Source: Octopus vulgaris (taxonomy: Eukaryota). Taken from it: a DNA stretch of 64,000 nt. Below are positions 13,156-25,915 of the stretch, piece by piece (position 1 is the stretch's first letter; each line of letters starts with the position of its first letter). The translations under genes and the position numbers were made by a program. The notes beneath the pieces were generated by a model. The model saw only the letters and a program-made list of their open reading frames with translations. It searched no databases and was not told where the DNA came from. The stretch lies in assembly GCA_951406725.2 (NCBI GenBank), contig OX597823.1, positions 82,026,001 through 82,090,000 of the forward strand, read 5' to 3'.

Positions 13156-13693
13156 GCAGGCACACACAGGTATATATTATGCATGCGCGTGTGACGTGTA
13201 AAACTGGAGAGGCTTCTACAGATAATTAGTTGCCAACATTTTAGTGTCGACATTAATATTACTTCGAGGCGTCCGAATAAAACTAAATTTCTTGGAATAT
13301 ATTTGATACTGAGACTTGATTATTACATGAAAATGGTGGTCAGATATTGGTCTTCTGCTAAAGTTCGTTTGGTTCATTGCTTTTTATAATTTCATCGCTC
13401 AATATTTGTCCAAGCTGATCTATTAACAGAAATAAAAGAATGCATCACAGAGAGAGAAAAATAAAACCGATAACTGAAGCAGAAGGAAAGATTTAAGCGG
13501 AAGCCGACTACAAACGACAGCAAAGGCGCCTCTCTTGTCACCTTCCGCAGATTTTCGCCGTTTATTTGCAGATATTTTGAAATTAATATTTTTCTATCGT
13601 CACGGTTATATGAACAAAAGTTGTTCAATGGTATTATTAAGAACCTATTGCTAAATCTAGGAATTATTTCTGCAGACAGGTATGTGTGGTGGA

Positions 13694-13762
<69 letters not shown>

Positions 13763-13965
13763 TGTGTGTGTGTGTATGTATGTGTTGTTAAGGTGTTTCC
13801 TTTGCAACAAAGTGTTCCATGTTCGATCCCTCTGCACAATACCTTGCATAAGTGTCTCCTATTATAGTTACGGGTTGACTAATATCTTGAGTTGAATTTA
13901 ATTTGTTAGACGGAAACTGTGCTGAAACCTGTTGTGTATGTATGTATGTATGTATGTATGTACAT

Positions 13966-14291
13966 GTGAAGGCGCGTGGTTTAGTGTTTAGGGTATTCGG
14001 CTCACGATTGTAAGGTCGTGAGTTCGATTCCCGGCGACGCGTTGTGTCCTTGAGCAAAGCCCTTTATTTCACGTTGCTCCAGTTCACTCAGCTGGCAAAA
14101 ATGAGTTGTACCTGTATTTCAAAGGGCCAGCCTTGTCACACTTTGTGTCACGCTGAATCTCCCTGAGAACTACGTTAGTGGTACACGTGTCTGTGGATTG
14201 CTCAGTCACTTGCACGTTAATTTCATGAGCAGGCTATTCCGTTGATCGTATCAGCTGGGATCGTATCATCGTCGTAACCGACGGAGTGCTC
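13966..14291 (+). mobile_element. tRNA-derived SINE, family A
   Basis: Well-preserved head GAAGGCGCGTGGTTTAGTGTTTAGGGTATTCGGCTCACG...GTTCGATTCCC. Confidence 0.85.
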
Positions 14292-14313
14292 CTTTTTTTT
14301 ATATGTACACGTA

Positions 14314-15420
14314 CAAGGTGCATTCAATAAATATCCGAATTTATTTTTTCCGCCTAAACTAATGCCGCACGCGCGAAATTCTTTAAATGAAAGGTGACAC
14401 CACACTTTTTTACGCAACCAAGAAACCTTTCTTTCCTACCTGTTATGCCCAGAGTACAAACGTGAAATGCACGTTTATCGGATTTTCGTTTTCACGCAAA
14501 ATAACCGACCGCTTCGAGTAGAGGCCTTAAAGGCATGTCTCAACACTAGTGATGGTGTTCTTTCTGAAATCTGGGTCGTGGTTTGTACAGTCTAGCGATT
14601 TCCATGCGAAGTTGCTTGATTATTACATGAAAATGGTGGGAGTCGAGGGATTTTGCTGATGCTCCCCACATGCATAAATCCTCCATTAAAATGAAATGCA
14701 CTGGACCTTATTCCCACTTCGTGAGTAATTTCCTGGATTGTTACATGACGGTCTCCCATGTCTACTCGCCGAACCTTCTCAATCGGCTCCTCGTTTCGTA
14801 TTTCTTTACTGCCCACAAGGGGCTACACACTAAGAGGACAAACAAGGACAGGCAAACGGATTAAGTTGATTATATCGACCCCAGTGCGTAACTGGTACTT
14901 AATTTATCTACCCCGAAAGGATGAAAGGCAAAGTCGACCTCGACGGAATTTGAACTCAGATCGTCGCGGCTGACGAAATACCGCTAAGCATTTCGCCCGG
15001 CGTGCTAACGTTTCTGCCAGCTCGCTCCTCATTTCGACTTGTGGATGCTCTGCCTGAGCGTGACTCGCTCTCCACTGAGGCGCGGCCATGTTTGAAGCGG
15101 TTGTACCATTCCTTGATCTAAGTTTCGCCCATGGCATCATCATCAAAGGTCCGCTGAATTTTCTGGATGATTTGAGCTTGAACATCACCAAGCTTTTGGC
15201 AATACTCGATATAAGATATCTGCTCAATGCGTACAGTAAAAACAAAAACGCAACGAGCGCAAACTATACAACTGGACTGTAGGCATAACAGCCGAGAAGT
15301 TACGCGGCCTGTCAGCGCGAAAATTTTCGGCATGCGCAGTTAAATCCCGAAAGGATTTTCCTAAGCAGTATTAGTTTGGGCAGGTAAAAATAAAGTTGGA
15401 TACACTTTGAACGCACCTCG
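14314..15420 (-). mobile_element. Internally deleted mariner element with nested SINE
   Basis: Imperfect TIRs of about 48 bp, C(A/G)AGGTGC(A/G)TTCAA..., flanked by TA. Minus-strand HTH remnants YCQKLGDVQAQIIQKIQRTFDDDAMGE and EKVRRVDMGDRHVTIQEITHEVGI. Confidence 0.8.
14799..15023 (-). mobile_element. Family C SINE inserted in mariner remnant
   Basis: 13-bp TSD GCTCCTC(G/A)TTTCG at 14786-14798 and 15024-15036. Confidence 0.88.
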
Positions 15421-15627
15421 TATATATGTGTGCATGTCTGTGTCTGTTTTTGTCCAAAATCTACCATTGCTTGGCAATCGATATTGGTTTGTTTGCGCCT
15501 CCGTAACTTAGCAATTCAGAAAAAGAAACTGCTAAAAATGTACTATACTTAAAATAGAAGTATTGGACTTGATTTGCTTGGTTAATCCCTGCAAATCTGT
15601 AGCTCAGTAAAACCTAAAATATGACCT

Positions 15628-15772
15628 TGTGGTTAGAAGTTTGTTTCTCAACCACATGGTTCCGAGTTCAATCCCACTGCGTGGCACCTTGGGCAAGTGT
15701 CTTCTATTATAGCCTCGGGCCGACCAAAGCCTTGTGAGCGGATTTGATAGATGGAAACTGAAAGAAGCTTGT

Positions 15773-15775
<3 letters not shown>
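15628..15775 (+). mobile_element. Family B SINE 5' half followed by TA/TG array
   Basis: Matches the 5' half of 6881-7297. Confidence 0.75.
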
Positions 15776-15834
<59 letters not shown>

Positions 15835-15845
15835 TGTGTGTGTGT

Positions 15846-15883
<38 letters not shown>

Positions 15884-16581
15884 AGCATACGCATCCTATG
15901 CATATATATCTGTGAAGGATATAATAAGCAGTAAGAAAGTGAAAACTTGGTTTACTAGCAGAGTCTCTTGAGATATATTTCTTCTGCATCGTGTTACCGA
16001 CACTCCCTTGTCAGTCTCAGATATGCAGTGAACCGATCATTAGTTTGTTGGCCACCTATGGTCAGTGAACCTATCATTGATCTGATGCTACATAAAATAA
16101 TAAAAAAAGTAATGTCCTTCAATATATTTCTTTACGAAGAAAAATTAAAAGAAAGAAAATTTGACTGACATAAAGACATAAAGCTATCTTTATTCTTTTC
16201 CCTAAGGAATTAAAAGAAGGGTTCAGGCAAAACGATTCTCTTCCCTGATAAACAAGAAACCGATCAATCACCCGAGATATTTATTTTTTGGAATTATCTT
16301 CCCTTTGCTTTACGGTTTTTCTACTAATTAATGCTCAATTATTATTTTTTTCTCCAACAAAGAGGTAATTTCTATGAATTGAATATTTTTTTGCGTATGT
16401 CAATTAGTGTCTAACTCTTTACCGATGACCATGCGGTAAGAAATTTAAACATATCGTTCTTGGTTCAGTTCCCCCTGCATATGCCTTGGGCAAGGTCTTT
16501 TAAAGCTCCGGAACCGAGCAACGTCTCGTCTGTGGATGTAGTAGATAGAGACAGAAAGAAGCTCATCGTATGTGTGTGCGT

Positions 16582-16614
<33 letters not shown>

Positions 16615-16866
16615 CATACGCACACTATTATGTTAAACTGGCGTATGTCCAACTTTGGCCAAATGCGTTTTTCTCAATATATAATTTTGCTTGCAAAAGC
16701 CGGTTCTTTTGGTCAGACTACCTTACTTCCAGCGGATTCAGATGCCAAGATGTTAAAATTGTCAAAGAGTACTACAACGGCTAAGCATCTTTCAAACGTG
16801 TAGTAAGTCCCACATACGACACTTTTGCATAAGAGCAATGACACACACACACACACACACACATAT

Positions 16867-18414
16867 CCTTTCTGTTATCTATCTATTCGTATTTGCAATG
16901 TACAATTATTTTCCGTGCTCTGTATAGCCGAAAGGCTATACAATTTTCACTTTCTCTTTGTTTCTGTTCTTGTTTTATTTCGTATACATTCGTTTGCTTT
17001 TCCCAGAGGCTAAATGCTTTTAGCTTAAGTACCTGGCACCTTACTGGATTCCAATAGTCACGGTACTAAAAGGGTGTGAAACTACAATGACTTTCCAGAA
17101 ACCGACTGATGAAGAAATCTGCTGTGAATGATCCGTGTATCTTGTTTCTGTCCTCTTTGCCGTTTGTTATGTTACCATCTATGTTATCACCCATGTTATG
17201 CTATCGTATATTCTTCTGCTTGTTGTGCTCTTTTTGTTCTACCTTTGACTTACCAATGCGGCGCACCGTACCACCTGTTGTTTACTCTGTTAAGAGATGT
17301 ATTCCTTGAATATTTGTACGACTCTTACTCTCTATTCCCCCCTCGCTTTTCTCTCCTGTTCCTTCCTTTCCACGCTCTCTGTCTCTCTCTATCTCTTTCC
17401 CCCCCCTTCGTTCCTCAGTTACTCTGATTTTCTCCCTGTCACGCATTCCTTAACCCCCTTTTCCCTCTCTCGTAATCCTTGATACCTCTGTCTGTCTGTC
17501 TCTCCTCGTTCTTCAGTCCCTCTGCTTTCTTTTTCCCTCTCTCGTATTGCATAATCCCATTTCCCCTCTCTCTTATTCTTCAGTCCCTTTGCTTTCCTTC
17601 TTCGCTTGTCTCCCTTGTACATTTTCTCACTCTGCCTCTCTCTCTCTCTCCCCCTCTCATTCTTTAGCCCCTCTGATTTCTTTCTCCGCTCTCCTATTCT
17701 TTAGTTCCTCTGCCCTCTTCAACCCTTACCCGCTCCTATCACGTGATCGCTGTCCGGCTAAGGCATCGTCGTCCTTTTTCGACCAGCAACCGTTCAGGCA
17801 GGTCATTTTAGTCTGTTCTCCCACTTGGTGTGTTAAAATTTCTTTCAATTCCTTGCGCCAGTTCACCACGTTTGTCTGACAGTCGAAAAATCCTTTCCAT
17901 TATTTATTTACGAGGCAATTACTTTTCCTTTGTTGTACAGCCGGAAGGCGTTTGTCCATTATACATGTATAATTCTTTTTCTGTTGCACTTGCATTATTC
18001 CTTAACGTTACATTCCTCCGATAGTCGAAAGACCCTTTCTGTTATCTATCTATTCGTATTTGCAATGTACAATTATTTTCCGTGCTTTGTATAGCCAAAA
18101 GGCGTTCTATTATATGTGTATAATTTTCGCTTTCTCTTTGTTTCCGTTCTTGTTTTATTTTGTATACATTTGTTTGATTTTCCCAGAGGCTAAATGTTTT
18201 TAGTTTAAGTCCATGGCACCTTGCTGAATTCCAATAGTCTCGGTACTAAAAGGGTGTGAAACTCTAATGGCTTTCCAGAAACCGACTGATGAAGAAATCT
18301 GCTGCGAATAGTCCGTGTATCTTGTTTCTGTCCTCTTTGCCGTTTGTTATGTTATCATCTATGTTATCGCTTATGTTATGTTTTGTTCGATTCCGCTTGC
18401 TATGTTCTTTTTGT
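16867..18414. mobile_element. Non-coding element with about 370-bp direct terminal repeats and a pyrimidine-rich interior (pseudo-LTR-like)
   Basis: 16867-17240 repeats at 18034-18414 (offset 1167). Flanked by (CA)n and (TA)n. No TG..CA ends or meaningful ORF. Confidence 0.6.
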
Positions 18415-18473
18415 TATATATATATATATAACGCATTGAAGCATATCTTGTGTCTGGGGAGAGTCATTCTCTT

Positions 18474-18689
18474 TTAGTGCCTTATTATTTTAACACACTC
18501 ACCGGTAAAGTTTCCGCTCATTTACTTATTTTCCGTAAAATTTTCGTTGTGTATTGCAGCCTTTTCAATAATCGTTGACTCAACGACAGTTGAAAAGGCT
18601 GCAAGACGCAACGAAAATTTTAGGAAAAATAAATAAGTAAATGAGTGGAAACTTCACCGGTGAGTGTGTTAAATAATAAGGCACTAAAT
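18474..18689. repeat. Near-perfect palindrome with about 100-bp arms
   Basis: TTTAGTGCCTTATTATTT...TCGTTGA-C-TCAACGA...AAATAATAAGGCACTAAA. Confidence 0.85.
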
Positions 18690-18910
18690 GTGAACTTCCA
18701 AACACAACAATATATATATATATATATATGCACACATAAAGTATATGAAGAGTTTAGTTCACTGATGATCTAAACCACTAGATACGCTGTGTACGTGCTA
18801 TAGTTAGTCATCCGTTAGGTTCCAAGTTCACAGCTAATGCTGGAGCTATGGATCCGTAGTTGGTTTCCGAGTCAGCATGTATATATTAAATCAGCTATAA
18901 ATATATATGA

Positions 18911-19410
18911 GAAATATATATACTGACAGAGAGAATTAAATGTTCCATAGAAGCAATGGAGGCACACTGTTGACAATTCTTATTAGGATGAAACTGTGCA
19001 GTCCACTGGTCTAGCTCATGGAGCAGATATCTACCCTGTCGGTATACATAAATGCGCTTTTACGCAGCTATAAGTGGTTTAACTCTTATTTCTAACAATA
19101 TATATGCTTGCAGCACATATTGTCGCAATTAATGACAACCAAATTTTGCCTATACAGTTTATATTGCGCCCAGCAGTCCAAATTAATTTTAACTATACAA
19201 TTTGGCATTTCGCTCATTCAGCCATGAATATATATGGCAAATATATATGCTGACAGAGAGAATTAACTGTTCCATAAAAGCAATGGATGCACATTGTTGG
19301 CAATTCCATTAGGAACGAACGCTTATTTCTTGCAACATATGTGCAAGAAATTAATGGCGATTAAATTTTGCCTGTACAGTTTATAGTGCGCCCGGCTGCC
19401 CACATTAATT
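18911..19410. repeat. Diverged tandem duplication, period about 328 bp
   Basis: AAATATATAT.CTGACAGAGAGAATTAA.TGTTCCATA.AAGCAATGGA at about 18911 and 19239; second copy internally shorter. Confidence 0.7.
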
Positions 19411-19884
19411 TCGTGTTTGTGTTTGTCTACATCACATGATAGATGGAATTGGTTTGTTTGCGTCCCCGTGACGTAATAGCGTTTCAGCACAGAAGACCGA
19501 TAGAATAAATACCAGATTTAAGAAACAAGCTCTGGAATCGATTTGTTCAACTAAAACCCTTCAAGGGGGTGCTCCAGCATGGCCACAATCCAATAACTGA
19601 AACAAGTAAAAGAAAGACCATAAAAGATAACCAAAGCGCGTTATTTCATGTAGTCTGATGTACAAATATATTCTTTTTCTAGACCAGACATATAATCCTC
19701 TTTGCATTAGTTTATATGTTAATTAATGATTTAAAAATGTTATCTGACATATACTAATGTTGTCTCTAAGATACGCTTGTATCTCACTCTTCAACATTTC
19801 GTAAAATATCTATTAGTGACAGAGGTAGTAATAATACCAAGAGGTGATATTTATTGCCAGTTTTTTAGAACAACCTACACTGCG

Positions 19885-20167
19885 GTAGTTACCATGAGAA
19901 AATCCCTCCTACTGACTTTTAGTCCAAAATGAGCTCTGGTTTGTATCGTTAGCGGGGACATAAATCCTCGCCATCTCCAGCGCCGCGATCTTCAGATCAC
20001 ATGATTTCAGCCTTCCTTGGTCTTGTCAATGATGGATGCTCGACCGCTAGAGATAGCAGCGATTCTCGGTGCTGATGGTGGCGGGGGATTTATCTCTCAG
20101 CTAGCGATATAACAAGAGTACATTTTGTATCAAAAGCCAATATGGGTGTTTCTCGCATGGCAACTAC
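19885..20167. repeat. Long imperfect inverted repeat (about 110-bp arms)
   Basis: GTAGTTACCATG/CATGGCAACTAC, TGTATCGTTAGC/GCTAGCGATATA, ATAAATCCTCGCCATC/GGTGGCGGGGGATTTAT, CAGCGCCG/CGGTGCTG. Confidence 0.75.
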
Positions 20168-21410
20168 AGAACATTCACTTTAAAGTGGAGACAAATATTA
20201 TTTCGTAAATCATTTTTATTGTCCTGTGTTAAAGTATTAGAACAGGACAGTTAAACTCGTTTGGCTTTGCTGGTTGGATCAAAGCTTAAACTGGATCTCG
20301 CGGGCCGAGTAACGATAATTAATCTTAAAAAAACCATATTCTTAATCTAGGCCATAGTAAGTTGTTGACGGGAGTCAATGTATACTATAATAAGTTTATT
20401 AACAAGGAAGAAAGGACAGAATATAATCGTGAGCATTATGGTCCCTTGGACATTACTGCCTGGAGTCCTAGAACTCATGGGACCGATCATTTGGTTTCCG
20501 TGGAGTATAAATGACCGGAATCACAACATTCATCCTGGATAGGACGCCAGTCCTTCATAGGGTTACTCAACATAAGGCATCACCTGGTCCGTGAATCGAA
20601 ACCACGATATTGTGATAGTGAGTAGAATACCCTTCAACAAATATATGAAGTAAAGTTTAATTTCTTAGATTATGAAACCGAGGTACGCTAGAGTATTGCG
20701 CTTCCGACAGCCAAACAAGGAAGCCTTTAAGTGCTTCTCTGTTCGGACTATCAGTTCTGATTGAATAAACCCATAATCAAAGGCATTCTAAACGTAATCA
20801 TCCCCTCAATTGATTTACTGGAAATAACAACTAAGTTTCGCTAAAATTCTATCACACCCTCTCAAAAGAAAACTTTGAATATTGAAGCCCCAGTAGATAA
20901 TGCCCCAAAACAAGTCGAGATTATCATGAATGAAATATCTTTGATCATAGTTCCACTGGATCAGCGATGGTATATAACTATAGAACAATATTTAATTTTA
21001 TATGCAGATTTGTGGTTTCTTTGATGTTGATTTGAATTATCTCCTCTTACTGACTCATGCAAATTCAATATGTTATAAAACTTCATAAGGTAAGACATCT
21101 CTAGTAATAACCTTTATGCACGTTGCTTTTATAGGCTCGAAACAGAATAAACGAAAATAATAAGTAAATTGTTAGTAATACTCAGGATGATCTTCATTTT
21201 CCATTTCAATATTCGGCCATTTCCGATGGAAATAACCGTATAACATGAAGCGAGCCACCAGTCAGCCGAAACCAGTTCGTGAATAGATTTCCATTCCCGT
21301 TTGAATCGCTTTATTTACGCCACTAATATCCTCGCGAAAGTTATAAAATAAACAACTTTTTATTTCCCCTTTCTCCTAAAATAAACACTATGCTTCTTTA
21401 AAGATGCGCA

Positions 21411-22122
<712 letters not shown>

Positions 22123-22751
22123 TTCAGCCAGACAATAAGTTTTCCTCTTTGCTAAGATATATTTGGTATCTTTTTTTTCTCTCCTTTACGTTATTATTCT
22201 TTAACATTATAGTTTGTTCTTTAGAAAAGATGAAAAATTGCAATCGAAACAATTATATAAATTCAAGGCCGCAAGCTTTATTCTTTTCACTCTTCACTTT
22301 GTTCTACTTTTACCAAAAGGTTGTGACCATGCCAAATTAACTGTTGGTGCTACACGAACACAATTATTTTATCTGACGCACATTTGCCAAAAAACTCTTC
22401 TGTTCATGAACTCAAGATGTAACATTTGACCAGTAGCATAGTATTCTCTCATCTTTTTACCTTCTGTTTTTATTAAGAGATATATCTACCTATCTATCAT
22501 TTTCTTTTTATTAAAAAGTTTTCAGTGAAAAATTTCCAGTTCCCATTAATCTAAGATCAATAAATGTAGGATACGTAATTGATTTTTTTCTTCTTTTATT
22601 GATTATTGGTCGACTCAGAGTGAGAACAGCCTGTTCACAATCATAAAGCAGTACACTACATTCCATAAGAGATAGATTCAGCTTTTCTATCCTGTTCAAA
22701 GACAACGACGACTAACTGACGGTATTTATAATGCGATAGATGAGGGATGTA

Positions 22752-23317
22752 TTAGGTTGTCCGGAAAGTTCGTGCCGATTTATAGTAGCTTAACTTTCGA
22801 CTTATTTTAGAACGTGGTTGAGTCTATAAAATAGGATTTGACTACACCTCCATTTAGAGCACAGTTTAAGCTAGCTTTTCGTGGAAGAAGGTTTATGTTC
22901 CTATAACCTGTGTTAATTCTGTAACACTTTAAAATGGAAGATAAGAAAGTTCATTTTCGGCACTTGATGCTTTGGGAACCAGACAAAAATTGCTGCAGCT
23001 CGACTGGGATGTGTTACTCCACCCTCCATATTCACCAGATATTGCTCCTTCAGATTTCCACTTATTCAGGTCTCTGCAGAATAGTCTTAATGGTAAAAAT
23101 TTCAATTCCTTGGATGACGTAAAAAGATACCTTGATGAATTCTTTGCCATGAAACCACCTCAATTCTGGGAAGTGGGTATTTTCAAGTTAAAGGAAAGAT
23201 GGAGGGACATTGTGCAACAAAATGGTTCATATTTAGTTGATTAAAAATGTAATGGCAAGTATTTATTGACCTTTTTCATTCCTTTAAAAATCGGCACAAA
23301 CTTTCCGGACAACCCAA
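22752..23317 (+). mobile_element. Internally deleted mariner transposon (566 bp)
   Basis: TIRs TT(A/G)GGTTGTCCGGAAAGTT(C/T)GTGCCGATTT, TA TSD. N-terminus MEDKKVHFRHLMLWE is joined out of frame to the C-terminus LHPPYSPDIAPSDFHLFRSLQNSL...ERWRDIVQQNGSY. Confidence 0.93.
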
Positions 23318-23429
23318 TAGATTAGTAGAACCGGTAGTGTTGCAACTAAAATACCTTCTGATATTTTATATATTCCATTAGGTTCTGAGTTCAAATGTTA
23401 CCTATGTCAACTTTACTTTTCATCCTTCT

Positions 23430-23760
23430 GGAGCACCACCTTGAAGAGTTAAGTTGAGCAAATCGACCTCAGCAATTATTTCAAGGTGTGATACTTATTC
23501 TATCAGTCTATCATTGCCGAATCACTAAGTTATGGGGATGTAAACAAACCTGAACCAGTTGTCAAGCGGTTGCGGGTCACAAACACAGAGACACACACAC
23601 ATGCATCTATACACCTTCTGTCAATCAAATCCACTCACAAGGCATCAAACATCCCGGGCCTATAGTAGAAGACAATTGCCGAAGATCACGCACACCAGGA
23701 CTGAACCCGAAACCACGTGCTTGCAAAGTGACCTTCTTAACTGGACAGTCATGCCTACAA
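23430..23760 (-). mobile_element. Diverged family B SINE
   Basis: Reverse complement of family B head and tail motifs. Confidence 0.65.
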
Positions 23761-23871
23761 ATATTTCGTAAATGAAATATGTTCATTGTGTTTACCCTCA
23801 AGCCAGCCCTCACGTAGCAGGTCTATGACCAAAGACATTCCAGCGTGACCATATGTCTTCTTTCTAGTATC

Positions 23872-24214
23872 GTAACTAGCGAAGGTGGAGGTATTGTTTT
23901 CACTCGTGTTTGTTTGTGTGTTTGTCCGTGGTCAAGATATCTCAAGAACCACTGGATGGATTCGGATGAAACTTTCAGGGATGTTTGGCCTCAAGTCTTG
24001 CACAAACTTGTTAGATTTTGGGATCGATCTGGTACCAGACAAGGATTCTGGATTATTTTTTCTGTTTTCTTACTTAATTTTTGAGAGCAGTCGGGTTCAC
24101 TTTTAGTATTCTCGCATTTCAGATATCTTCATTTTAAAAATCATCTCTAACTAATCATTGAGAGGATGTCGGTGTTGCTTTGGCAGAGGTTTGCGCTCTG
24201 TGAGTGCTCTTGTT
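23872..24214 (+). mobile_element. Non-autonomous Helentron-associated (HINE/DINE-1-like) element
   Basis: GGAGGTATTGTTTTCAC start, GTTT/GTGT microsatellite, GATATCTCAAGAACCACTGGATGGATT..GATGAAACTT block and 3' GGCAGAGGTTTGCGCTCTGTGAGTGCTCTTGTT hairpin end. Recognised from family resemblance. Confidence 0.6.
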
Positions 24215-25013
24215 TGATAGGCTATTGATTTAAGGACGACTGGGTTGTTATTTCCAGCAGATTAAACATGAAAGAAAAGGAACCTTCGTTGTTTCTGTAG
24301 TTCAGTATTCGTGATAAAAGTGAATTACAGGAAGTATGTTTTGTCAGCGGGCCAGAGAACGATTACAGAAGTAAGGACATAACTTGCCATTAAATTAATT
24401 CAATGGCAACATTCCAAAAGTAAAACAAGCTTTGCAACGATTAGTATTTATAAAAATCCCTGCCATGGCAGTTCTAGTTCAGGTCACAGATCACAACATA
24501 CTATAGAAGGCTTAAATTTTGAATGGAAACAGCGTATTGATGAACAATACAACAGGATACATTCAAGATATTGTAGGGCATCGTGAATATATCCTGTTGG
24601 CTTGCTTGTCTGGGCACTTGTATAAAAATGTTGCTACGTCAAGTTGAAAAGATCAGGTTATCCACAAGACTCTCATAAATATTACTCTGGTCGCCATCTT
24701 TGACAAAGGAGGCTATGAAGTGTTTTGTGTCCAGTTGCTATGGTAAAATATTGAGTGTTTTGCATAAAACTGATTGATTTGCAACCATAAATTTTTCCTT
24801 TTGAAAGAAATATGGACTGTCTTTACCAGTATCAATTGAAATAGAAGTTGAGAGGAGAGGGGAAAATGAACGATAAGTGAGTGCTATGTTTAGCGTGGTT
24901 CGGTGGCTCAACTTTCTGGTTTTGTTTGTAGAGTGCTACTTAAAGAGAAGAGACTTGTCTTCTATGTTAGGGCCAACTGGAGAGTCAAAAGTGTCTAATT
25001 AGCCCAATATAAC

Positions 25014-25079
<66 letters not shown>

Positions 25080-25379
25080 TTCACGATTTAATTTTATTTT
25101 ATATTTTTCAATTTCTTTTTTTTTAATCGGATATTTTTATATTTTATATCTAATGAAACTGTCCATTTGTATGTATTTCGACTTTTCGTACATGCAATGC
25201 CCTTTCATTAATCATTTGTAGCAAATTAAAAATATTATGATTCTTGTGTTTTGAAGTCTGCACGGCTGTCAAACATTGAGTCGTGGAAGATTCAGAGTTT
25301 TTGTACTGTATAAATAAAGTTCCACAAGATAGCATTGAACAAAATATATTTGTGCAAAATATATGTATACATATATGTA

Positions 25380-25423
<44 letters not shown>

Positions 25424-25444
25424 TTATATATATAATTCCAAAGA

Positions 25445-25915
25445 GTTATTATCTATAAAAACAATGATAAAGTGTCCAGCAAACATAATCCAAATATGCA
25501 AAATATATAATAGAAATAATCATCACCTGCTTGCTTGAAAGATCCACGCATCTCTCTCTATATTTAAACACGCACGGAGAATATAGCACATATATTTCTC
25601 CAAAACAGTCCTCCCACTTGCAAAATACAAATAGTAAAATACAGATGGTAGCAAAGACATCCTAATATCAATTGATTTCGCTTTCTATGTCGAAGCAACA
25701 CTTAAAGCTTATCAGCCCGGCTTACTATGTAAATTATTTCAAAAACATATTTACCTTCCCGTGCAAGTTGTTCAGCTGAAGGTCCCGGGCCTTCCAAACG
25801 AACATTTGTAAGCAAGTATAAATTTAAAAAGTAAAAATTTAAAAAGTTATCATTATCTATAAAAATAACGATAAAGTGGCCAGGAAATATAATCCAAATA
25901 TGTAAAATATGTATA
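25445..25915 (-). mobile_element. Retrozyme-like unit with terminal redundancy (period 404 bp) containing a hammerhead
   Basis: About 60-bp direct repeat ATCTATAAAAA.AA.GATAAAGTG.CCAG.AAA.ATAATCCAAATATG at 25451 and 25855; HHR inside; adjacent to CA/TA array. Confidence 0.6.
25661..25720 (-). ncRNA. Type I hammerhead ribozyme with a G8A core change
   Basis: Minus strand CCGGG-CTGATAA-GCTTT-(AAGTGTTGCTTCGACATAG)-AAAGC-GAAA-TCAATTGA-TA-TTAGG: 5-bp stem II, palindromic stem III ATCAATTGAT, weak stem I. Confidence 0.65.

Noticed and set aside
21008-21089. AG...GT-bounded 82-nt exon candidate
   Set aside because: Stops in all three frames and no supporting neighbours.
22972-23244. 90-aa mariner ORF as a functional or domesticated gene
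   Set aside because: Only the C-terminal part of a transposase inside an internally deleted element; lacks the first two catalytic aspartates and the DNA-binding domain.
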